This document shows positions 39,365-49,321 of a DNA stretch of 64,000 bases, piece after piece. The notes beneath the pieces were generated by a model. That model had not been told where the DNA came from. It made no database searches and saw nothing but the letters and a program-made list of their open reading frames with translations. Made by a program: the position numbers and the translations under genes. The stretch lies in the IMG/VR virus record IMGVR_UViG_3300024299_000010, positions 7,276 through 71,275 of that record, one strand, 5' to 3'. This stretch comes from a virus. Each line of letters opens with the position of its first letter. Within the stretch, counting starts at the first letter, position 1.

Positions 39365-41092
39365 TTATCCATGACACGAAATGCATTCATCTTTGTTAGT
39401 GGTTACACCACTTTCAGATCTAATATAATATAAACTTTTTATATAAGGATCTAGAAACGCAGCCTTATGTACCGATGATATATATGCCTCCGATTCATCA
39501 GCAGAAAAGAACAGATTAATACTTTGTGCTTGATCTATAAATCGTTGTCTTCCAGATGCCAATGTGATTATTTGGAATTGAGAGATTTCAAAGGCAGTCT
39601 TAAAAACTTCTTTCTCTTCTTCCGATAACCAATCAACATGCTGAACAGATCCACTATTCTTAATAATATCTTGGACAGTTTTAACAGAATATACATCACG
39701 GTCTTTCATCAACTTTAATAATGTCGAATTTACTCTATCAACCTTTCCAGCAGATGTGTTTTGAACATAAGCATTCTTGTATATAGGTTCAATACCTTGA
39801 CTAACAGATCCACAAATAAGAGCAGAAGATAAGTTAGGAGCAATAGCAATACGATGAGTATTTCTAACACCATAACCAACACACCATTCTGGTTCACCAA
39901 ATGATTCGGCCATCCACTTAGATGCCCTTAAAGATTCAGAATCAAGGTGTTTAAAGATTTCTGTATTTTTATAATATGCATCCATACTTTCGAATGAAAT
40001 CATATTTTCTTGTAGATAAGTATGAAACCCTAATAAACCCAACCCTAATGCTCTACTCTTTTCAGCAAACTTAACAACCTTTTCCATACCCTGTGTTCTT
40101 TTACCGATTTCAATTAGATCTTGGTTAACACAATCAAGGAACACGGTAGCATTAAATACTGCATCTGTATCTTTCCATTCATCATACAAAGCACCATTCA
40201 TTGAAGACAACACACAAGAAAATGTATGATCATTATCAGAATACAAAGTAATTTCTGTACACAAATTTGATGCTTTTACTTCAAAACCTTTATCCTTATA
40301 CATCCGAGGATTTTGTTTATTGACCTTATCAACAAAAAAGAAATATCCTTTGCCCGTGATCATTTTAAGTTTCATGGCTTTCTGATATCGTTCAATAGCA
40401 TCAGGATCACCCGCTTCTAATCGTTCAATAAAATCATTTGAAACTATCCAACCAACATTAGCATCATCAGGGTATTTAGAAATATGATTAATCAATTCAT
40501 GATAATCTGCATGATCAATCTCAACGTATCCCGCCCAAGCACCGCGTCTTTGAGAACCCTGTGAGATATCTCTTGACATTTGAATAAAATCCTTAAGTAC
40601 TGGTAATACCCCAGACGCACCACCTTTGATGCCATTGATATTTGATCCTCTTGCTCTAATCCCACCCAAGTACCCCGAAGTACCAAATCCATTCTTTGAT
40701 AGTATTGCTGCTTCTTGTTGAGCACCATAGAAATCATATACAGAATCTCCTACTACCCCACCAGAACAACTTACAGGACAACCAATACCAGTACCCATAT
40801 TAGATAGAACGGGTGTAGATGCTGCTAGATGACCGCTCCATAGTAGGTTAAAGAAAGTATCTTCCCAATATGGTTTATCATTAGTATAAGTTGCTGCGTG
40901 TTTTGCTACTCTAGTATAAACTGATTGTAGATCTGTATACTCTGGTGTTAGATATTTTTCTTTAAGCATTTGCCAAGCAGCAGTTGTACACCAAAGTGGC
41001 AATTTACCTTCTGCTTGTAATTGTTTACGTTCTTCACCAAGTTCTTCATAAATGCTACACTCTTTCACCATGCAAATTTTCCTTCTGTCCAT
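39365..41092 (-). CDS. nrdA: Ribonucleotide reductase class I alpha subunit (short, no obvious ATP cone)
   Basis: STPVLSN, SNLCTEI, AIAPN, SLYY and C-terminal CISC; real start may be MVKEC at 41071. Confidence 0.92.
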   Translation of the reverse strand: MDRRKICMVKECSIYEELGEERKQLQAEGKLPLWCTTAAWQMLKEKYLTPEYTDLQSVYTRVAKHAATYTNDKPYWEDTFFNLLWSGHLAASTPVLSNMGTGIGCPVSCSGGVVGDSVYDFYGAQQEAAILSKNGFGTSGYLGGIRARGSNINGIKGGASGVLPVLKDFIQMSRDISQGSQRRGAWAGYVEIDHADYHELINHISKYPDDANVGWIVSNDFIERLEAGDPDAIERYQKAMKLKMITGKGYFFFVDKVNKQNPRMYKDKGFEVKASNLCTEITLYSDNDHTFSCVLSSMNGALYDEWKDTDAVFNATVFLDCVNQDLIEIGKRTQGMEKVVKFAEKSRALGLGLLGFHTYLQENMISFESMDAYYKNTEIFKHLDSESLRASKWMAESFGEPEWCVGYGVRNTHRIAIAPNLSSALICGSVSQGIEPIYKNAYVQNTSAGKVDRVNSTLLKLMKDRDVYSVKTVQDIIKNSGSVQHVDWLSEEEKEVFKTAFEISQFQIITLASGRQRFIDQAQSINLFFSADESEAYISSVHKAAFLDPYIKSLYYIRSESGVTTNKDECISCHG

Positions 41093-42057
41093 GCTCTATT
41101 ATAATCAGACCCCTGAGAACTAAAAAAATCATGTAGAGTACTACTCTCAAGATCTTTATAGAACCATGATGCTATAGGGTTATATGTAGGGTTAAAGATA
41201 TGTTTATATCCCAAGTTAGATAAACAAATGTCCAATCTCGATTCAACGAAATGAATCAACTGTTTATCACTAATACCTTTAATACTACCCTTTTCAAAAA
41301 TCTTACCAATAATCACTGCTTCATGTTCTAGGATAATTCTTGTAGTATCTTCTAATTCTTGTCTAAGTTTTACTTGTTCTGCTTCAGTAATTACACCATC
41401 TTGAATTGCTTCATCTAACAATGTTCTGAATAACCATGCACCCGCTTCTGAGTGCAATGTTTCGTCAATAGCAGAAAAGTTAATACCGGCATTTACATTT
41501 ACCAGTTTATTTTTACCGTTGTTATTAAAGTGTTTCAAGAAAGCAAATGATGAATATAATATAGCACCTTCAATCATAGAGAAGATACCAACAGACTTCA
41601 GAATATTATAAACCGTATCACGTTTAGAAACTCTCTTAGAGATCCATTTCATACGATTATTTAATACTTCATCATCCATATAAGCAGTATAGAATTCATC
41701 ATTATCTAATCCAAGGACTTCATTAATTCTATTGTAGAATGGTGCATGTACCCCAATTTCCATAAAGGCAAATGTTGTTGCCATTCTTTGGATGTCTGGT
41801 CTAGGAAATACTTTACTAACATAATTTTGCCAATAGTCATTACCAACCGATAACTCATAGATTGTAAATAATTTTAGTGTAGAAATAACACCATGATATT
41901 CTGCTTCGGTAAAGTTGGTTTTAAGATCGTGTAAATCTTTTTCAACTTCAATTTCATCGGGCAACCAGAAGATTTCTGATTGTTGTTTGGCAAACTCTAT
42001 TGCTGTTTTGTAATCTATCGTGTAAATAGATTTCGGTTCTAATAATCTAATTCCCAT
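41065..42057 (-). CDS. nrdB: Ribonucleotide reductase beta subunit
   Basis: FWLPDE, MEIGVH, EGAILYSSF, DETLH and HDFFS...Y motifs. Confidence 0.92.
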   Translation of the reverse strand: MGIRLLEPKSIYTIDYKTAIEFAKQQSEIFWLPDEIEVEKDLHDLKTNFTEAEYHGVISTLKLFTIYELSVGNDYWQNYVSKVFPRPDIQRMATTFAFMEIGVHAPFYNRINEVLGLDNDEFYTAYMDDEVLNNRMKWISKRVSKRDTVYNILKSVGIFSMIEGAILYSSFAFLKHFNNNGKNKLVNVNAGINFSAIDETLHSEAGAWLFRTLLDEAIQDGVITEAEQVKLRQELEDTTRIILEHEAVIIGKIFEKGSIKGISDKQLIHFVESRLDICLSNLGYKHIFNPTYNPIASWFYKDLESSTLHDFFSSQGSDYNRAWTEGKFAW

Positions 42058-42132
42058 TTCATTCCTTTATCAAGTTTCTTAAAGTCAATAACATATTGTA
42101 TACTATATAGTAGGATTTGTCTACTAATATTT

Positions 42133-42474
42133 TTATTTTAGTGACTTTTCATAATAAAGAATAATTGCTTTTTGTTGATCTATATATCTTTTCATGTCTT
42201 GCACATTTAGGGATATATTCTCATATCCTCTTACTGATATTGCAATGAACACAACTTGACCATTCATCTTTCTGGATTTTTCTAGGAATGCTTCTAAGTT
42301 TTTATCTGACACCACTGACCATTCCACTTTAGAAAGTTTAATGGGTTTGGGATGTTTTTGTGGAGTGATCACTGGTTTTATGAATTCAGTGACTGTCACA
42401 ATTTTAGGTTGAAACAGTGAGCAACTACTAAGGGACAGTAGTAGTATCGGCAGTAATATTCTTAAATAGTTCAA
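42133..42474 (-). CDS. Outer-membrane spanin (lipoprotein)
   Basis: Lipobox LSLSSC; YENISLN...RYI.QQKAIILYYE; probable TTG start at 42474 (track start 42519). Confidence 0.7.
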   Translation of the reverse strand: MNYLRILLPILLLSLSSCSLFQPKIVTVTEFIKPVITPQKHPKPIKLSKVEWSVVSDKNLEAFLEKSRKMNGQVVFIAISVRGYENISLNVQDMKRYIDQQKAIILYYEKSLK

Positions 42475-42563
42475 TGGTTTCTTGGGTCGAATCGTAATAA
42501 TATTAATATTTACCCCCAACCATCAATACTAGTAACAGCAATTGCACCATATATTTTTATCAT
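42428..42563 (-). pseudogene. Internally deleted, frameshifted remnant of the i-spanin gene
   Basis: Encodes MIKIYGAIA..., then YYDSTQETIEL fused to FKNITADTTTVP*, matching the N- and C-termini of 43427..43807. Confidence 0.7.
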
Positions 42564-42573
42564 ACTATAACCC

Positions 42574-42707
42574 CTAAATTTAAATTTGTATAAATAACAC
42601 TAGAAATACTATTCTATAACATTACTCACTTTTTGTCAAGCAATAAAGGTGTTACTCGCGGAACGACAATTCCCAGTAACTCTAATCATTCTACAATGGA
42701 AACCATT
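42574..42707 (+). promoter_or_regulatory. Homing endonuclease leader cassette, copy 2
   Basis: TATAAATA at 42589-42596; minus-strand TTGACA-N17-TAGAAT; stem-loop at 42651-42680. Confidence 0.7.
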
Positions 42708-43361
42708 ATGACCAGCACAACTATATATACACAAATTATCCCAACATTTCTTTATATCAAGCAACACTCCAAGACAGGTTTAAAATACTTCGGTAAAACC
42801 ACTAAGAAAGATCCCTATAAGTATCAGGGTTCTGGTACTCGTTGGACAAATCACATCAAAAAGCATGGTAAAGAATTCATAGAGACCCTTTGGTTATCAG
42901 AACCATATTACGACACCAGTATAACAGAAGTCGCACTACAGTTCTCCAATGAAAATGATATAGTAGAATCTAAAGATTGGGCAAATCTCATTCTTGAAAA
43001 CGGTCTTGATGGTGGTGCTGCTGGAGGGAAACTATCAGTTGAACATAAAGCCAGGATTTCTGCCTCTAAACAAAATATATCTGATGAAACTAAAGCAAAG
43101 ATGTCTGCTGCTCATAAAGGCAGGAAACATTCAGAAGAAACTAAAGAAAAGATGAGTGCCTCTAAAAAGAATATGTCACCCGAAACTAAAGCCAGGATTT
43201 CTGCTGCTCAAAAAGACAAGAAAATATCAGAAGAAACTAAAGCAAAGATTTCTGCTGCTCTAAAAGGCTTTGTTCAAGAAATAGTCCAGTGTCCTCACTG
43301 TCCTAAAAGTGGGGGCAATATTATGAAAAGATACCATTTCGATAACTGCAAATTTAAGTGA
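42708..43361 (+). mobile_element. Free-standing homing endonuclease, paralog of 28509..29084
   Basis: Same MTSTTIYT start, YIKQHS..GLKYFGKT and additional SEETKAKxS repeats; inserted between the spanin genes. Confidence 0.8.
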
Positions 43362-43426
43362 AACACTTATACCCCCCATTCGAATATCTTTGTCTAATTT
43401 CAATTTTAGGTAATGGTGTACAACTA

Positions 43427-43807
43427 CTACTGAGTAGTAGTATCAGCGGTGATGTTTTTAAACAGTTCTTTGGTAGCAGAATTAATTCTATCCTCAAGTA
43501 AATTAGGTTTCTTAATGGCAATTTTAGTCAAATTATGGTTAGTGAGTTTGAGTCTAAGTGTATCTAACATTACCTCAGATTCCTGTAGTCGATCTTGTAT
43601 TTCGGCAGAAGCCTCTTCTCTCAATTCTATTGAACTATTAATTTCTGCTATAGTAGCTTCTTGGATTTCCACTGCAACACTTAGAGTGGCATTATCAGCG
43701 GTCAATAGTTCAATCGTTGCTTGGGTAGAGTCATAATAATATTTACAACCAAGACCCAAACCAAGGATAACCATAACTAAAGCAATTGCACCATATAGTC
43801 TTATCAT
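43427..43807 (-). CDS. Inner-membrane spanin
   Basis: N-terminal TM segment, coiled coil and KKPNLLEDRIN motif; linked to the o-spanin. Confidence 0.7.
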   Translation of the reverse strand: MIRLYGAIALVMVILGLGLGCKYYYDSTQATIELLTADNATLSVAVEIQEATIAEINSSIELREEASAEIQDRLQESEVMLDTLRLKLTNHNLTKIAIKKPNLLEDRINSATKELFKNITADTTTQ

Positions 43808-44091
43808 AACCCGTTAGATGATCTTCGTCTAATTGCTCTTAGTGCACCTGTTTCTTCATTTCTTAGAATGATAGTATGACCTCTATTCTTAGCGGCGTAC
43901 AATTTGATACTCATTTGATTATCATCTTCTTCATCAAGGAACTTTGACCATCTTTCGAATTTCATTCTACCCGTTTCAAACTTACGAAACACATCAGCAG
44001 AAACATTAAACTCTTTATGTTTAGGTCTTCCATTAGGATTCATATCTACACCACCACCGGATACAGAATTTGAGGCAACTTCTTCTTTCAT
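43804..44091 (-). CDS. Conserved hypothetical protein
   Basis: 95-aa ORF translationally coupled to its neighbours. Confidence 0.6.
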   Translation of the reverse strand: MKEEVASNSVSGGGVDMNPNGRPKHKEFNVSADVFRKFETGRMKFERWSKFLDEEDDNQMSIKLYAAKNRGHTIILRNEETGALRAIRRRSSNGL

Positions 44092-44681
44092 TTGATTATT
44101 TCTCCAGAGTTGATAAAGATTTCTTGTTTAGTTTTTAGGTGATATACTTTATATATAGGTTCCCCAAGAGAATATCCAACAGGTTCTAGTGCTTCATTAA
44201 CTTTAATGTTAGTACCCTTCGAGGCAATTACTTCACCAGTTTTAGGAGAAACCCCTTCAGTTTGCAAAGTATAGATTCCTGGTAGCAGTTGTTTGCTTTC
44301 ATTAAGATACCAAGTGGAGGATTCTGTTAATTCCTTTTCATTAAAGGAAGCATCCATTTTCTTTAGAACTTTTAGGATTGCTTCTTCGGACATACCGGTT
44401 TCTTCTCTGATCAAGAAAATAGCAGTTGCCCATGATGCAATTTTAGTTCTACCGTATGGTAGTAATCCAATTAATCTTTTAATATTAAAGACTAGTCTAT
44501 GGAATATTGTATATGAAGTTTTTTCTTCGGGGGTTTTTAAGGTAGATCCTTTTTTTAGTACTTTACCTTTTGCATCTATAACACCAAGTTCAAATGCTTC
44601 GGTTTTGTTCCAAGGTGTAACTAATAGTTTTAAGAATCTAAAGGCATAAAATAAATCACCTGTTCTTGATATAATGCTCAT
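44088..44681 (-). CDS. Conserved hypothetical T4-like protein
   Basis: FRFLKLLVTPW...AFELGVID..G...YTIFHRLVFNIKR. Confidence 0.65.
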   Translation of the reverse strand: MSIISRTGDLFYAFRFLKLLVTPWNKTEAFELGVIDAKGKVLKKGSTLKTPEEKTSYTIFHRLVFNIKRLIGLLPYGRTKIASWATAIFLIREETGMSEEAILKVLKKMDASFNEKELTESSTWYLNESKQLLPGIYTLQTEGVSPKTGEVIASKGTNIKVNEALEPVGYSLGEPIYKVYHLKTKQEIFINSGEIIK

Positions 44682-44706
44682 AATAATTTACCTAATTGTT
44701 TTTTAA

Positions 44707-44766
44707 GGGTTGACATTTATTGAAAAGTGTAGTATAATAGATCTGTCACTAGGGAAAATTGGGATA
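44707..44766 (+). promoter_or_regulatory. Sigma70-like promoter with conserved G-rich leader (copy 2), antisense to late genes
   Basis: TTGACA(44710)-N17-TATAAT(44733)-AGATCTGTCACTAGGGAAAATTGGGATA, followed by ~150 bp of AT-rich non-coding DNA. Confidence 0.65.
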
Positions 44767-44920
44767 GGGTTATTAATCAACATGTTATATATTATAATCG
44801 TTTAAACTGCATTATAACTAGAACTAATAGGTATCAATGTACTAATAACGATATTAAGTGAAAATAGCACTATTATTCATGTTAGTAATCAGTATGTTAT
44901 AAAGGTTAAAATCGTTTAAA

Positions 44921-45289
44921 TCATATCTTTCTAAGTCTTTCAACTAGTGTTATATCCAGAGGTACTTCAACTTTATCCTTTTCATTTATATAGTTCAAGT
45001 AAACAAGAAGAGTCTTTATCACTGACCAATGTTGTTCTTTAATTCTATACCATATCATTTTACTTGCTGCATCTATACCGAATACATTGAATAAGACAAT
45101 GGTATGATTTAGTAACAATCTTTCTTGCAGGTCATCATTAACAGCATATCTAGTTAATAATTTATTAATATGTTTGAAGCGATTAAGGTCATCATAAAAT
45201 TCATTAAGATCTATACATTTAGTAGAGTTATAATTCCTAGATGCATATAATAGAAAGTTCTCCTCATTCAACACTTCAAACATCTTCAT
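44921..45289 (-). CDS. Conserved hypothetical T4-like protein
   Basis: LNEENFLLYA...EFYDDLNRFK...ERLLLNH..VLFNVFG. Confidence 0.7.
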   Translation of the reverse strand: MKMFEVLNEENFLLYASRNYNSTKCIDLNEFYDDLNRFKHINKLLTRYAVNDDLQERLLLNHTIVLFNVFGIDAASKMIWYRIKEQHWSVIKTLLVYLNYINEKDKVEVPLDITLVERLRKI

Positions 45290-45296
45290 AATAATA

Positions 45297-45596
45297 TTAC
45301 ACCAAAGTTTCTAGGATATAAATGATATCTGCTTTTGTATCTTTTGGATTAACTTCTAAACCATGACGTTCAGCAATGCTAATCAATTCTGCTTTAGTCT
45401 TAGACTTTAAATAAATCTCTTCTACAGGTTCTTTAACAACCACTACAGGTTCTTCAACAACAACAGTATCAACTTCATTCCACTCATTGATTTGCTCTTG
45501 AGTTAATCTGATGGACTTTAATAATTCACCAGCTTTTGTTTCATATCCTCTGTGGGTTGCTACTGAACCCTTTAACCAACTTGGTACTTTTTTCAT
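45297..45596 (-). CDS. Protein with C-terminal HeH/Rho_N-like motif
   Basis: KTKAELISIAERHGLEV....TKADII. Confidence 0.55.
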   Translation of the reverse strand: MKKVPSWLKGSVATHRGYETKAGELLKSIRLTQEQINEWNEVDTVVVEEPVVVVKEPVEEIYLKSKTKAELISIAERHGLEVNPKDTKADIIYILETLV

Positions 45597-45617
45597 TTTT
45601 ATATTCCTTATTTATTT

Positions 45618-46472
45618 TTAATTGTCTACTAATAAGATATCAAATACCGCAGTATATCTACCATTATTAGCTCTTGATATTGCTCTAATATCTATATCAG
45701 ATTTTTCTGTGATTGGTGTAGGTATATGGAAATCGTACATATAATGTCCACCTTCACCACTTATCTCAAATGCATGTTTAATCAAAAAAACTTCATCCCC
45801 AAAGTCACGAACCATAACTTGACCTGAACCATCCCCATTAGTCTGAGTTGACATACAAACATTAATTAAGTAACCAGTCTTTCCTGCTGGTATGGTAAAC
45901 ACCGACATTAAAGTCTGACCTTTTAGTGCAGTTATCCTAGCAACTGTTACACCACCTTTAACCGCATTTATATGACCTAGATTTGCATTACCATCAGTAA
46001 GTAAATACATTCTATTAATTCTTGAAAACACTTGAGCAGAAGCATTACTAACATCAGTTAAGGTGATATCAACTGATACGAAGTTAAAACTAGCATCTAA
46101 TCCCTCGACTCTAACTATATGATTAATATCAGCAGCATTTGCTCTATCAAGAGTAATAGTTCCTGGTGTAGTCCAAGAATCCCAAGGATATAGAGTATCA
46201 TTGATATCCCAAACAGTTCCAGTAGTATTGATAGACATTAAAGGAACAGCACCAAACTTATGGTTTCCTGAATACCCAGGAATTAATCCTTGAGCAACAT
46301 TAAGATAGAATGGTTTATTAGAACCATAAGATGCTGCTTGTGACATTGTAACCGGAAGTGGATTAATATCAGACACAACATTTCCGTCTTTAGTTCCTAG
46401 TAATCCTACCTCGAAAATATCATCATTTTCATTTGGGTAAAACGAAGTCCTATTCTTTGAATATTGTGCCAT
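45618..46472 (-). CDS. Putative virion structural protein
   Basis: NPLPV, HKFG, GQTLMSVFTIPAGKTGY and EKSDIDIRA motifs; beta-rich. Confidence 0.55.
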   Translation of the reverse strand: MAQYSKNRTSFYPNENDDIFEVGLLGTKDGNVVSDINPLPVTMSQAASYGSNKPFYLNVAQGLIPGYSGNHKFGAVPLMSINTTGTVWDINDTLYPWDSWTTPGTITLDRANAADINHIVRVEGLDASFNFVSVDITLTDVSNASAQVFSRINRMYLLTDGNANLGHINAVKGGVTVARITALKGQTLMSVFTIPAGKTGYLINVCMSTQTNGDGSGQVMVRDFGDEVFLIKHAFEISGEGGHYMYDFHIPTPITEKSDIDIRAISRANNGRYTAVFDILLVDN

Positions 46473-46498
46473 TTTTTATTACCTTTTAGTTCTTTAAA

Positions 46499-47428
46499 TT
46501 ATTTAACTATGATGTTATTCTTCTTACGCCAGAACAGTACAATTGATGCATCATTTACTTCATCAGCATACTTACCAGCTTTCTTACCTTCTGGATTTGC
46601 TTTCATTGCGGCAGAGGCATCTTTCTGAATATACTTTAGAGAAGCATCAGGAAGATCCCAGAACTTTACATTTTCAATAGAAGAACCACCTTTAGGTTTA
46701 CCATCACCTTGTTTCCAATTTGTTGCTTCTTCTAGTTCTTCTGAAATAAACTCTACAGGAGCCAGAACAGTTCCACCTGTTTTAGGACTAAGAACCATCA
46801 TAGTTTCCTTACCCTTAGTACCACCCTTATAATCTTTATGAACCTTTGCAAAGTTTTTCTTAGTGATCTTTACGGTTCCGCTACCATCATAAGTATAGTT
46901 CTTTGCTTCTTCTAAATTAGATTCTTTTTTTTTCAGATCGTAATTCTCCTTGGCGTTTTTCAGATTTTGTCGTCCTCTTAATTTATCTTGAGCCTTTGTT
47001 GCACCATCAGTTCTCTTATTAAGTTTCTTTCCAACTTTATCTCGCTCGTCTGAACCTTCAGGTGATTTGTGGTAATCCTTCAATCCCTTATCCCTTGCAC
47101 TCTTAGACTTACCGATATAAGAACTTAAAGTCTTTTTACTTAATTCATCTAACTGTTCAAAATCTTCAGACATCATAAACTCTTCCCAATCACCGACCGA
47201 ATAATCTTCTAGGTTAAGTTCTTCATTCTCTTCGTCCTCTGATGTATAATTCTTATCAACATAATCATAGAATTTCTTTTTCTCTGCATCAGTTTTAAGA
47301 TCCGCAGGAGATGAAATCTTAAACTTCTTTAAAGCACCATTGAAGAATTTTTCATATTCTGCTTTAGTACCTTCTAGCATTTCTTTATATGTATCTGCTA
47401 GTGGATTTGGGACGTTATTATTAAACAT
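46499..47428 (-). CDS. Prohead core / internal head protein-like
   Basis: Highly charged; YEKFF..ALKKF...KKKFYDYVD; several LxE processing-like sites. Confidence 0.5.
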   Translation of the reverse strand: MFNNNVPNPLADTYKEMLEGTKAEYEKFFNGALKKFKISSPADLKTDAEKKKFYDYVDKNYTSEDEENEELNLEDYSVGDWEEFMMSEDFEQLDELSKKTLSSYIGKSKSARDKGLKDYHKSPEGSDERDKVGKKLNKRTDGATKAQDKLRGRQNLKNAKENYDLKKKESNLEEAKNYTYDGSGTVKITKKNFAKVHKDYKGGTKGKETMMVLSPKTGGTVLAPVEFISEELEEATNWKQGDGKPKGGSSIENVKFWDLPDASLKYIQKDASAAMKANPEGKKAGKYADEVNDASIVLFWRKKNNIIVK

Positions 47429-47462
47429 TTGTTTTCCTTTTTTTAATTTTAAATGTGGGTTT

Positions 47463-47753
47463 CTATAAACCTTTTTTAATGTATGTTAAGAGTCCAGCAG
47501 CCATTGCTGTTGCACCTAGCCACATTACCTTATGAACCGAATTAACTGTTCGTTGATTTAAATCAACGATAGACTCTAATTCGTCTACACGTGCATCAAG
47601 ATCATCCAAAGTTTTTGAGACTTCAGTTTTGTTGTACTCTAAAGTAATTAATCGTTCTTCTGCTCTTGCAAGTAATACCACAACATCAGACAATTTATCA
47701 ATCTTTCCTTCAATGCGATCTAATCTTCTCTCATTGCTTGACATGGATTCCAT
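47463..47753 (-). CDS. Coiled-coil protein with C-terminal TM segment
   Basis: RLDRIEGKIDKL heptads and a hydrophobic C-terminus. Confidence 0.55.
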   Translation of the reverse strand: MESMSSNERRLDRIEGKIDKLSDVVVLLARAEERLITLEYNKTEVSKTLDDLDARVDELESIVDLNQRTVNSVHKVMWLGATAMAAGLLTYIKKGL

Positions 47754-47766
47754 AAAATGATTCCCT

Positions 47767-48144
47767 TTATTTTAGTTTTTTCTTTGCGGCAAGGAATGCG
47801 GCAATTGCCATATTGCGTATTTCTTCATCATCTTTTTCATCAAACTGAGGTGCATCAGAACCTTGAAATGCTTTAATCCATACATCCAAACCATCAGAAA
47901 CTTTTAATTCTTCTTTTTGTGCATCATCATCAACTTCTTCATTGTTCTTAAATTGTTTCTTTGTTGCTTTAACGATACCAGAAAATCTTTTATTGCCCTG
48001 TTTAAAGTCTCCTTTTTTATCAGCGGCAGAAGCATCTGCTCCTGCTTTAGTCTTATATCGACCAAGCAATTCGGTTGAGAGTTCATCTACCTTTTGAACT
48101 CTCTCTGATAATATTTTTTTCAACATCTCAAATTGCGGTTTCAT
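47767..48144 (-). CDS. Charged putative internal head protein
   Basis: DELSTELLGRY motif shared with 46499..47428; WIKAFQGSDAPQF. Confidence 0.5.
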   Translation of the reverse strand: MKPQFEMLKKILSERVQKVDELSTELLGRYKTKAGADASAADKKGDFKQGNKRFSGIVKATKKQFKNNEEVDDDAQKEELKVSDGLDVWIKAFQGSDAPQFDEKDDEEIRNMAIAAFLAAKKKLK

Positions 48145-48165
48145 TAGTTTGCCACTCTCTTATAT

Positions 48166-48363
48166 TTAGTTATCTTTAGATTTATATTGTGTTTCTTTTT
48201 CTTTTATGAACTCATTCATACTTTGCATACCAGCCCTTGCATCTTTTATATATGCTGCATAATCTATATGATCCATTAGCATGACATCGATATCAGGGTG
48301 TATCTCGTTTTCACTATCATTCATATTATTATCCATTGTATTATTGAAAAGAATATTGGTCAT
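48166..48363 (-). CDS. Hypothetical protein
   Basis: Short ORF in operon orientation. Confidence 0.4.
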   Translation of the reverse strand: MTNILFNNTMDNNMNDSENEIHPDIDVMLMDHIDYAAYIKDARAGMQSMNEFIKEKETQYKSKDN

Positions 48364-49321
48364 CTGTCATTGTAGAAAGACCTTGTTTAAGGTCCGTTTC
48401 AGGGATATTATCGAGTATCCATCTACGCAATTGTTCTAAGACTTCTTCATCAGATTTGATTGATTTGCCGCGTTCTTTCATAGTTAAGTATTTGAAGTCA
48501 CGTATCATTCCAATCTTTTTACCTTTTTTATCTAAGGGTCGATTCTCAAGTCCTTTAGCAGTAACTTTCTGACCACCTTTAGCAACATCGCCTTCTGCCC
48601 AAGTGATGGTATTGACACGATTATTTAACACAACATGGATAGCACCATTGATTGCTAGTTTCTTACCTTTTTTTGCAATAAGGTTGAACATAGTAGATGC
48701 AGCACCTTCATGAGTATTCAATAAGATATCACTTGGTACAACTCTGTCTCTTTCTGCATTATTTTTGATAGCAACTTCATAGTTTGTAAGAATCCAAATC
48801 ATATGAATATTAGCAGGATTGTATCCAGCAGACAATAAATCAGGCATCATCTTAGCGACAGAGTTAATATCCTTTGCTGTGATATCAAACATGATATTTG
48901 GTAAAGTTGCTGGGTTTTTCATAGTAGATAATAAACCACGCATAGTATTATCTTTGATATTCAGTCCATCAATAAAGGTGTGTAATTTAAATACATCGGC
49001 AGATTTTTTTAAATTCAATCCTTTGATTTCTTTATATTTGTCTGGATCAATCTTAGAACCAGCAGCAAGTCTCTTTGCATATTTTTCGGGATTAGATTTT
49101 AAATCCGCAATTTTCATAAACGAGGTTTTCCATTCATCCACATCACGGATCTTGAATAGTTCTGATTGCATGAAATTTGTTGCGGCAAACCCTTTACCTG
49201 AACCTGCACCACCCGCCAAGAAAACAATTTGACCATATCGTTTACCATTGGATAGCATGATTAGTTTTTCGTTGAGTTCTTGTGGTTCTAAACTCTCTCT
49301 TAGTTGGTGGAATGTTTTCAT
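48341..49321 (-). CDS. P-loop kinase (Pnk/zeta-toxin-like) with CTS-like N-terminus
   Basis: FLAGGAGSGKG Walker A, IMFDIT, N.ERDRVVP lid; starts MKTFHQLRES. Confidence 0.7.
   Translation of the reverse strand: MKTFHQLRESLEPQELNEKLIMLSNGKRYGQIVFLAGGAGSGKGFAATNFMQSELFKIRDVDEWKTSFMKIADLKSNPEKYAKRLAAGSKIDPDKYKEIKGLNLKKSADVFKLHTFIDGLNIKDNTMRGLLSTMKNPATLPNIMFDITAKDINSVAKMMPDLLSAGYNPANIHMIWILTNYEVAIKNNAERDRVVPSDILLNTHEGAASTMFNLIAKKGKKLAINGAIHVVLNNRVNTITWAEGDVAKGGQKVTAKGLENRPLDKKGKKIGMIRDFKYLTMKERGKSIKSDEEVLEQLRRWILDNIPETDLKQGLSTMTDDQYSFQ

Noticed and set aside
39365-42057. Introns or inteins in nrdA/nrdB
   Set aside because: Both ORFs are continuous and compact, with no intein motifs.
42633-42707. 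N-terminal extension of the second homing endonuclease in the ORF track
   Set aside because: The paralog starts at MTSTTIYT; this stretch is the conserved leader and stem-loop.
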